DNA of 64,000 nucleotides from Selaginella moellendorffii. Its lineage: Eukaryota; Plantae; Lycopodiophyta. Numbering within the stretch: position 1 is the first letter of the stretch; each line of letters begins with the position of its first letter. The stretch spans positions 1,168,416 through 1,232,415 of the forward strand of contig NW_003314294.1 in the NCBI RefSeq assembly GCF_000143415.4. The letters run 5' to 3'. The notes under the pieces are model-generated. The model was not told the origin of the DNA, did not search any database, and worked only from the letters and a program-made list of their open reading frames with translations. This document shows, piece by piece, positions 12,608 to 23,033 of this stretch. The position numbers and the translations under genes are program-made.

Positions 12608-14249
12608 GGCTATTATATATTAGAAATTTTGCACTAAATTAGTCTTAATTACACTAGATATAGCCAGAAAAGAAATGTCCTCCTGAAGAGATTGAGGATT
12701 GATGACTCTTCACTATTCTGATACAAGTTGAATAGGGAAATTGAGGTAGATAAAATCAGAATGTTTACTAACAATATACCACATGTATCAGAAGATACAT
12801 TTTACTTATAGACCCAGATAGAAGTTGATTGATCCCCACTCTATGTAACTAGGCAAAAGTATAAGAAAGCAAAAACTAAACTATTTTATATGTCTAACTA
12901 GTCCAACAAATGATAGATTTAATGAAATTGCTTAAATAATTTGATGAACTATTGAGTGAAATATTTGACAATATTTTGTTTAAGGTATATAGAAGTCTGA
13001 CCTTTGGTACCTTTATTATTGTTAAAGAATGTGTGATAATACACTTAGATTACTTTGTATGTACATAGAATAAGCAAGACTTATATTTGTAAAGTTACCT
13101 ATACAAAAAGAAAATAGTGCAAGAATTCTTCCTAGATAGAGAGATAGTTTGCCTATCCGTGTTAGATGCAAATTCTAAGTATTATAACCTACCTTCTAGA
13201 CAATTACTAGAATTTTATGCAATCTTAGGCAAAAAAATTATTGTGGGAATTTTAACGGTTCACAATAAAGTTTGGATACCCATATGCAAAAATACACTAG
13301 CTAATAAACATTGGATCAATTTTGAATAGGGATTGGTAAGTAACAAAATTTTATGAAGTAAAAATCTCTTAACGTGCACCACATCTGAGCAAGATAAATA
13401 TGCAATAAAAAATAACATTTTATTACTCAAGAAATTTTAGTGACTCTTATATAAGAAGTATCTGTAAATTGGCCTATCAATCACTTTTAGAAGTAAGTAC
13501 TTAATTTCCCAATTAATTTCGAAATGAGGCCAAATTTTCTCTAGAGGCTAAATGTATAAAGGGGAATACATTGCATATCAAAACTTTGTACCATTCACTT
13601 CATGAATAAAGTATAATAACTAGACTTGCTATAATAACAACACCAATAGACTTTGAAATATATAGGTATAGATAAATAATTGATCTTACCTATAAAGCTT
13701 TAAAGGGCATAATCCTTATGCATAAAATTGTCATTGTCTATATCAAATAAGGTAATAGATATACAATATTTCCCTCGCAATTTGATGAGTGAAAGAAAGT
13801 GTAAAAAAAAGTATTCATAAGATCTAAAATGAGATTACAAAGCATTTGCTTGTGATATTCATGATCTTAACCTCCCTTTAAAATAAATTAAATCATTACT
13901 CAACGAAGCTAAAGAAAAGCTTGAAAGAGAGCAAGTTAAAAACATATTAGATACACCTTAATGAATAGGAAATCAAAAATCCTAATACGACTTTTATGGT
14001 CATCCAAAATATGTGAATCTGTATGCTACTCCTCTTTGGCAACATCGGCACCCTCTAATTTAGCTAAAAGTAGTGGAACACAAAACAGCTAGTTAAATTT
14101 ATAACCTTACCCTTTGATGATAATCTAGGTTCCTTTATGAACCAAATACCTATTTTGCCTATATTAGTTGTAAAATAGAGTATTTTCTATTGAATTGTAT
14201 TGAGTATGATGGCAATTGTAAAAACAGCAATAGGCACTATCATTACATT

Positions 14250-14691
14250 TCCATCCTTTTCTAGAATCAAATGAGAAGACCCACAACTATATATTGAACA
14301 ATACATAAAAACAATCAAGTTTAATCAAATAGATGGGTAGGAAAAGAATATTTTTCCCTTTATGCTAAAAAACAAAGCCAAAGATTGGTATAATGACAAT
14401 GATGTTAAAAAGTTTCACACATTTGATGAGTAGAGAAAGTTTTTCCTTAAAGTTTTTTCTATGGAAACAAACTTAGGAGAAAACTATAATGAGTTGCAAA
14501 AGTTTCATTAAGAAAAATTTGAGACAATCGAGGAATATATAACTTAATTTAACAAGTGTTATAAACATTGTAAAAATTTAGTGTCAGGCAAAATGCACTT
14601 AAGCCTATACATATAAGGCCTTAAGAAAATTTATTGTGAACATAAGATAAAAAGAGTTTATGCAAATTTTGATAACTCAAAAAAAACCATA
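14250..14691 (+). mobile_element. Old, decayed Ty3/gypsy gag (left part), interrupted by the chromovirus
   Basis: Translates with stops as EDPQLYIEQY...IFPFMLKNKAKDWYN...FFLKVF, a retrotransposon gag pattern. Confidence 0.6.
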
Positions 14692-15379
14692 TGTAGCGCA
14701 CTTGAATTTGGAGCCAAACTCCAAGCCTGTTGCACTATGAATGAGGGTCCGGTACAATCCCACGAGCACTAGCTCCCCGTATCCAACACCTACATGCAAA
14801 ATAGTGTCAGATAAAGTCTGGCACAATTTTGGCATATCGGTGGCCTAACGCGAGGAGGAGGGTACTCCACCGACTAGAGCAGCATGGAGCTTGGGCTTAG
14901 ACTCAAGCCGGATGCAGAACAAGGAGCGACACAGCCCAGCGGGAGCCAAACTAATGTCTCAGGTGGTCAAATATGCATTCCAACCATTATCCCTACTATA
15001 CATTTGGAAACCCCCACAGCCCCCCCCCCCCCCCTTGAGGGACACACACTTTGGGCTTTCACCCCAAGCCTCCCTTAGTACCAGGAGTTAGTCTCTAGGA
15101 CAAGCTCGAAACTTACAAAATATGGAATGTCCTTAGATTGCGAATTTGGACATGGGACGAACACCATTGTGTTCAGGCCGACCTCTACATTCTGTAGATA
15201 TGCCAAATGAGCGAATCTAAACACTTTCCATAAATAGCATATGGGACCAAAATGAGACCAACACTAAGGGCATGATAGCGAGGGTGTTTGGTAGACACGG
15301 TAAATTATCATTCAGCGATATTGAGGGACTAGTCTCAATATGCGGGGGTTCTTGATACTAGTAAGTGCAAGCCAATGAC
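14692..15379 (-). repeat. 3' LTR, distal part (resumes at ~22868-22924)
   Basis: Near-identical to 27925-28619. The match breaks after GCCAATGACA and resumes at AAACCAGGCTGAGTATGCTCAGC near 22870. Confidence 0.9.
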
Positions 15380-15575
15380 AAAAGCATTTTCAATGTTTTC
15401 AATTATGGTTTTTGATTTTTGCAGGACCAGCTTAGTAATCTATTTGCATCTCGTCATGTTTATAGCTAGCTTTCGTTTGTCCCCTTCGCTAGCCTGAGAT
15501 ACATCTGCTCGGCATCTGCCTCTTACAGCATTTGCCCAGAAAGGGCATCTTTCTTCACACAGCATTTGCCACATG

Positions 15576-15601
15576 TTTAGGGTTTAGGGTTTAGGGTTTA
15601 G
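15576..15601 (+). repeat. Interstitial plant telomeric repeat (TTTAGGG)x3+
   Basis: TTTAGGGTTTAGGGTTTAGGGTTTAG read directly. Confidence 0.85.
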
Positions 15602-16074
15602 CAATTCAGTAGCTTGATAAACATGCAAATACAGAACTTGATGCAAAATCCTATGATATGTCACAATGCCCCTAGGACCATAAATACATTTCAATAGAGA
15701 GGGTCCTTTCATTTCATAACTCATTACGTAAATCTTGGTGAAACCAGAGTTAGTGAAGTTAGTTTTTTGTGATCCCGCATCTGATTGTGATGTCCCTTTG
15801 CAGTGTCGATGGAAAGGTCAATGCACACCAAACTGTAAAATCTTGGAGCAAAATAACAGTCGGATCTATGGCAAATGCCCTTGAAACATTGTAAGGCTCG
15901 TGTGGTCTCATGTGGTGTCCGATCGAGATGTTTCTTTGCAGGGTCATCAAGAAAGACATTGTATACCATTCTGTAAAATCTAGTTGCGATCTAATGGTTG
16001 GATCTCCAGAAAACTCAAAAAAATTTCGCATGTGTCAGAATATTCTAGGAATATACTCCTATGTGCCCCTGAAA

Positions 16075-19000
16075 ATGGCATGCGGCCCCATGCCATTCAA
16101 GAGATAACGCCAGATGACGCCGACCATTTTTTGGTGCATTTTTTGGGATTTTTTGTATACTATTCTTTATTTAGCTGAATATCTGGCATTTTTGGAAATA
16201 CAAGATGCTTTGGAATATCCAATCATGCATGGTATAAATATAGTGAGGGTATTAAATGATATCCCAATCATGATCTTTCTTTTGGATTTCGCGTGCATGC
16301 AGTCCGAGGAATGATGACGTTGCGGATTTCTTTTGGATTTCACGTGTATGCATGCGCGCGGCGATCCAGAAATTAATGGTGGCGCCCAAATCCGAGGAAT
16401 GATGACGTGGCGGGATTACCAACCGTCGTAACATTTCGCGCGTGTGAGGTTAGGTTTTGCATTTTGCTTCGTACTCGCGCTCGCATCGCGATCACGCTCA
16501 CATTCGCGCTTATCTACCTTCTCTACAGGTTTCTCGTGTGCATCAGCGTCCACTCGCGCTTGCATCACACTCGCGCTCGCATCGCGCTCGTGTGCATCGG
16601 CGTCCACTTAAGGACACACCTAGTTTGTAACTTCGCCGCCAACTCCGCCGCCCACTCCGCCACCCACACGCAGCCCACTTGGTGTCCCGGGAGATTTCAG
16701 CGCCACTCTCAAACTGTAAGTGGCAGAGTAGCCTTGCTGCTACGATCCGCTGCACACACAGTGCACATTCGCCAGCGAGTCCGGCCTCGATTGTCACGCC
16801 TCCATTCAGCTTCAAATGGTAAGTCTTTTAGGCCAAGTAGAAAATGGCATGAGGCCACATGCCATTCAGTAGCAACATTGGCATGCACCGATTGGGCTCT
16901 CGAGTGCAGTCCGGTTACAGATGGCGTGTAGCCTCACGCCATCTTAGGATGCAGCCTCAAGACATCTAATGCAGTGGTGAATGGCGTGTGGCCTCACGTT
17001 ATTTCCAGCTGCTAGCTTTTCATCTATCAGCTCTAATTGTTGTGCATTTCTGAACAGGCGAGGAATTGCGTTCTTCTTCTAGCCACTGTCAATGTGGATG
17101 CAGAGAAGGGGGAGGAGCTCACTAGTTGGACTTTCGGGATGGAAGGCGAGGATCTGAGGCTGTACAACACAGATGGTGGGAGAAAAGAATGCATGGGGAT
17201 CCTCATCCAAGTGACAGACACTCCATGCAGTTCCATGCAAGAATATGGACTGGCACTTGTGGTAGAGACAGCGTCCGCCTTCAAGATCCACCTTGCACAT
17301 CCTAGCAGCTTCTCGGAGGGGGGTAGCGGCTATGAGGAATTCCTAGAGGGAGCTAGGGAGAGGTTGTCCAGGAGGCCCACAATTTCAAAGACGCTACAGG
17401 TCTATGAAGATCACATGGAATCCACGGACCTCACCTACGGTGATGTTCAAAAACTATATTCCAACATTGAGCCATTGAGAGTGCCTCCAGTTCGTGAAGC
17501 GAAGGGGAAGGGGGTCGATCTGGAAACTACCCCGAAGCAGAAAAGGGTGGTCAAGCTCAAGCCGACGTCTGACTTTGCTGCTCCAAAAAAGAAGCTACTC
17601 GGTGATGCCATTGCCTTGGGTTCGAACACTACACCCACCAAAAAGAAGAGCCGCAAAGAGCAGAAAGAGCAAGAAGAGGCAGCAAAAATCGTCGCAGATA
17701 ATAGTACTTGTTACTATTCCAACAAAGTATATACAATCGACGTGAGCCGTATCGACATCCAAAGCATACAACCACAGGCTAGTATCTGATGAGTGGGTGG
17801 AGAAACTGAAGCAGAAGATGCTGGCAAGTCCAGTAACACCCGACATCGCAGACGTGATCCCCTACTACCGAACAATGAAGGGCGAGACGAGGTTTCCAGA
17901 CTTGATCAATAGGAAGGTGTTGGACGATCAGAACATCCGGTTCTATGCCGTCTCCGGGCAGCATTCTAGCTTGGCGATGCAAGAGATAGTTGTGGATATT
18001 ATGGTGGGCGAGGAGGTGAAGAAAGTCTTCAAGACAAGAGTTGTCCGCCTGATAAAAGGCAACTCGCCCCTCCGATCTATCATATACATCTCCCACGCAC
18101 AGAATGTCAAGCAAGAAACGTGCTACAAATCGGGTCTGCACGAGACATTGGCACGAACACAGAAGCTCTGGGTTGAACTGAAGAAGCCACAAAAACCAGG
18201 ACAAGGACGTGCACTAGCAACTAGCGCTTGGCAGGTAAGCCTCGTTGCATGTGGCATAGCATGTGGCCTCACGCCATTTCCATTGCAGGAATTCTCGAGT
18301 CTTCTCTCGAAAACATTGGGGGTCAATGACACACTCAGCATCCATAACATTCTACTCGCGACAAAAGTTGTTTTTGACAAATGGGTAGATGTGCTGAGGA
18401 GGTACCATGACGGGGAGTTGCTAAACTCAATGGGTGTGGAGGACGGCCGGAAGCCCAATGATTTGAAGCTCAACGCCTTGCGTTTCTCGCGGTCTTTAGA
18501 CGACGACGACCTTCTGACAGTGGCTAATGCTCTTCTACGTGGTGAGGTAGTCTTCAACAAGACCAAAATGACTCCCGGCCATATTGTGACATACGAGGAC
18601 TTGTGCACGACTCTGAGAGCTCGTGCGCTATTGAAGGATTGGATCTTCGAGCAAGTGGCTGTGGAGAGGGTGAGCATTGACACCATGCAAGAGATGATGG
18701 AAGCGCTGGAGTTGTCAAATGAAGACATCGACGAGTACGTGAAGGGGGCCCCCAAGTTCATCGATCTACTGCGGGATGCCACGAAAAGTAAAGCTGAGAA
18801 GTTGGATCAGTATCCAAATTTCATTAAGAGGGATGTCGACCGCCGACTTCAGAAACAGCTCGACCCCGCAGCAGAGGCCTATCGAGAACCTTACCGGGTA
18901 TACGTGAATTCGGATGAGGATCAAAGGTGGAGGAGCATCGTTTCCCGCGGAGATGAGCAGGTCAAGAACATCTTTTGTGTGATGGACTTCACAAACGAGG

Positions 19001-22000
19001 AGATCACTCATGCAGACGAAGTCAGCTCCATCATTGACTTAATGGTGGGACTTGCGGAGGTGGAATCTTCAGTCCACTATATGATCTACGACTCCGAATC
19101 CTATCACAAGTTCTGGAAAGCCTTGAACGAGGTGAAGGCTCGGTTGAAAGGCAAGGAGATGCGGGAGATCCATGGGATAATGGCTAAGAAGAAGATACCG
19201 ACGAATGTCCTCACACTCGCCCTTGTTATTGGTCCTGCAGCAGAGTGGGACTGGAGTGACTTCCCAGCTTCGTTCGACAAGGCCGATCGAATTGATCTGA
19301 GGGAGGTCAATTTACCCGTGCCTGAGGAACTGAAGACGGCTATGGAGCTTTCGAATCCAAAGAAAGCTCCAGGTGCAGCATGGAAAATGCTCAGCTGGGT
19401 CTTCAACGCAATAGCGGGTGGGTCACCTGCTTCTGACTCCAAGGGCAAATGCATTGTCGAGTACAACTGCGGCGGACTATTCTTTCGAGCCGCACTACTC
19501 AAGGGTGTCCCGTGTGTTGCGGTGACAAACTCCATTGAAGAGGTGACTTCAATGGAGCATATAATTACAGTTGCCAAAGAAAAACAGTATCTTCTCTGCG
19601 AACCTGGTGAGTACGCACTTTAAGTTTAAATGTTATCTCACAAGCTCTGTATGCAAGAGCGTGGCCACCCCCAGATGCTGAAACGGCGTTAACAGCTACT
19701 GTTGAAGATACCCATGTTGGGCCGAGCTCACAACCTGCACAAGGTAAGGTCACGTGAGGCCTCACGCCATTTTGATTATAGATCATTGTGAATATTTAGA
19801 CACGAGGACTGAAAAGCGCACTGGTGGCGCGTCGAAGAAGGACAAACAGACAAGCAATAGGAAAAAAGGAGGTACAAATTATATTTGCAATGGCGTGTGG
19901 TCTCATGCCATTCCTTGCAGGAGACACTTCTTCAAAGGCAAAACAGGCAAGCACCAGCCAAGCTCAAACTGACAGTGGTCATAAAAAGCGAAAGCATGTT
20001 GGACAGTCGTCGGGATCAGAGGCATTTGATTCGAAAAGGAAGAAGGGCAACGAAAAGATGATAGGTAATGCCTCGCGGTTATGGCGTGTGTGCTCATGCC
20101 ATTCATTGCAGATCAAGGGCTGAGTGAAAGCAGCCAGTCACCACCTCCTGACTCAGATTCCTATGGCGGACTCCCCTTCCCTAATCTCAATGGAGAGGTA
20201 CAATGGATGAGGGATACTTTTCAAGTCAGGGCCACGTTTTTCTCATCTCGTTGTCTTCAAAGGGTGCAAGAACGTGCAGAAACCATGTTAAGACAGTCGG
20301 GTGAGGATACGGTCCTAGGTCACGCACTAAAACAGGCTATGGATGTCTTGTATTTTGAGATGAAGACTCGGCCAGATGATTTTCCCAAGATGGTCCTGGA
20401 AGAACAAGCCATCCAGCTTGAGCGACCTATGGAAGAAATGCAGGAGGGGGATGAAGAGCCAGAGAAAGATAATGAGCAGGAAGAGCAGAAGGACGAAGAG
20501 GAGGACAAAGAAGAGGAGGATGAAGAAGAGGAGGACGAAGAGGACTTGGATGGTCCTCACAATGGTGACGATCACAATAACGACAACGACGACAATGACG
20601 ACGATGGCCAGCCTGAGGTGGCCAAAGAGCAGCGGAGGAAGGTCATACAAGACAAACCATCAGGTAAATAATAGTACATCCATTCCTAACCTTTTACTAT
20701 TTCTAACATTGTCCATGTAGGTTGCAAGCAAATGGTAAGTAGAGATTATTCAGTTGAATTAAGATACAAACTCTAGCCTTTAGTGTCGAGGAAGGATAGT
20801 GCCAAGCAAGGGTCGAAACGTATGTCCAATCCTTCAGAATCAGCAGTGCGCCCAAGTGATATCGGTCCTAGTTCCTCAATAGCAGTTGATGGTAAATACA
20901 GTATAGTCGATTCAATGTGCTAATGAGTTTGTTTTTAGTAGTCAGTAGAGAAGATACCATCTCAATCGAAGGGAGATATTTGGACATGCATATGGATCCG
21001 CTAGTGGACTCTACTTGCCTGCAAGAGTCATTAGAGCTGGTGGAGGCTACTATCCATATCAACGCCAAACAAGCTGACCACGCTCCACTTGATGCTGCCC
21101 ATACCACTGAGTCAATCTTGTCCACATATTCAACTGACGGTGACCAGGCGCCATTGGACCCGCATGAGGCTGCCGAGCTGGTCGTATCCTCATTTCCAAC
21201 GGACTCAACGTGTGCCCAATCGTCTGACTACACGCCGTTAGAACCTCCCTACACCGCCCCTGCTGCCTGTTCGGTCATGTCCACTTTGCCAACGGAGGCA
21301 CCAGCTGAAATGGCGTGTGATCACACGCCATCGGAACCACCCCATGCCACTGTTGAGCTAGTTGTACCAGAGTCTACAGCTGAAATGGCATGTGCCCACA
21401 CGCCATCAGATGCGATTGACCCCACATTGCAGAGGAGAGTATTTCCACCCTTCACGTTTCCTCGACCAAAACCCTCTCAACGACCATTGGGAGCACTATT
21501 CGCTAATATTGTAGATGGTAAAATTGACTTGTACCATTTTTTATGCTGACACATTTCATTTCAGAGTCACGGCGAAGGTACTGTATCGTTTTTTATCTGA
21601 ACGGTGTCCTTTTCTCCCATGAGCGTGGCTCGTCCTCGAATGTCACTGCACCCTCCAAAGCCTGCGGTCGCAAGTTGGTCAAAAGAGACAGATTCACATT
21701 AATCACACGGGAGAAACTGCGGGATCTAATAATGACCATGCGACACTTAAAACAGAGGGCCGGGTTCAATTTGCAATTGGGAGTTTGGACATCCATGATG
21801 CGCCACAATGCATTAACGTTGCTACAGATGATGCACGATCAGACGCGAGTAATATTACCATTTGACTTTCTCCTAACGCAGGAGGATTGCTTGACTATGA
21901 TCCATGTGAGGGGTAGCAAGCCCATCTTCATCAAGCCAGAGGCTATAGTGATGAACCGGACTGCTAGGTTAAGTGAAATCCTCATCATCGATGACTCGCC

Positions 22001-22775
22001 GATTAAAATTGCAGCGAACACGCACACATATGCAGTGCACCCCATCTCTTGCAGTATGGAAACTAGGGAGAAGAAACCGTATGTTCTGGGGGACCTTGCA
22101 AAACGGCTTGGAGCGATGGTGATAGAGAACCGGCCAGTCTAAGAGGTGGCTGCAGAAATCAACCAAATGGCAGATGAAACGGTATATCAGAAGCCATTTG
22201 ATCGGACAGACACCAGTCATCATTTATAGCATGTATATTGTCTAGCCAAGCACTATCCGCATCTCCATAATCTGCTCAACCGGATGGGTTTTTCGACCAC
22301 TGAACATGAGCGTGGACGTATTAGAGAAGAGATGGCATTACTATTGGGTTTAAATCCTGATAGTGTGGAGAGTGATGAAATTCTAAGATTATTGTATAGG
22401 CATTGGAGGCAAAAAATAACAGTCTGAGATGGCATGTATTTATTTATAAATGTAACTTATTATGGCATGGGGTTCCATGCCATTGTATTAATATTAAAAG
22501 ACAATTCTTTGAGAGGATTTGCATTATACTAGAAGTGTTACAGCATGTTATTGGAAGTCTACGAAGTTGTTTTATTAATAAGGGGAAAGTAAAGATTGAA
22601 TGGGGATTTGGGCTCCACCTAGACTCAGAGCAACTGAGCCAATATTAAAAGGATGGAAAGAAATTGGACGACGATGACAAGGAGAAGAGAGAGGTGAAGC
22701 AGTGGCAGGGGGAGGAGAAGTGATTGAGTAGACATTTCCTTGTTTAAAATAAAATGGCATGTGCCTCAATGCAGT
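16075..22775. repeat. Dispersed 22-bp palindrome ATGGCRTG-N6-CAYGCCAT, about 12 copies
   Basis: Copies start at 16075, 16844, 16921, 16981, 18256, 19749, 19890, 20081, 21310 (perfect palindrome), 21385, 22462 and 22754 (degenerate). Confidence 0.9.
16816..22142 (+). pseudogene. Large spliced element-borne gene: ParB/Srx-like domain, degenerate amino-MTase-like fold, acidic tract, FCP1/NIF-like HAD domain; one frameshift near 17765; may extend to ~22430
   Basis: ATG|GTAAGT at 16816 and intron 16819-17057 join in frame to ORF 17037. Further GT-AG introns at 18235-18288, 19744-19799, 19872-19920, 20065-20111 and 21518-21564. Motifs FYAVSGQHS, IVEYNCGG...AALLKG, LGVWTS, ILIIDDSP. Whether all exons form one transcript is inferred. 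Confidence 0.65.
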
Positions 22776-23033
22776 TGAATTTTGTTATATTTATATACTA
22801 TATAAAGGTTTGGAAACCTTATTTTACAAGTGGGATAATGACAATTCCCACTTTAACGAAATAGAGCTTAAACCAGGCTGAGTATGCTCAGCAAAAAACA
22901 CATAGGGTTCCTACCTTATGTTTATTGTGCTGAAGTCAGCTTACCAAAACTGACCCAAGTACGAACGAACGAAAGAAATGACACTTGTGATTGATAGAAA
23001 TATATTACTTTATTGATTTGCAAGTCTTTATTA

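Larger units (their letters stand above)
15380..22867. mobile_element. 7.5 kb DNA-transposon-like insert; right TIR-type end present, left end apparently lost; superfamily unknown
   Basis: Interrupts the LTR. Its last 40 bp (22828-22867) match the reverse complement of the MITE end 30118-30157 with 4 mismatches. It shares the 22-bp palindrome with the MITE. Confidence 0.78.

Noticed and set aside
16407-16931. 174-aa ORF in the CpG-rich part of the insert
   Set aside because: Non-ATG start and low-complexity translation; better explained as promoter, 5' UTR and first intron of the gene starting at 16816.
16075-22775. Palindromic repeats as a CRISPR array
   Set aside because: Spacing is irregular (tens to over 1000 bp), copies sit in introns and exons, there are no cas genes and the context is eukaryotic.
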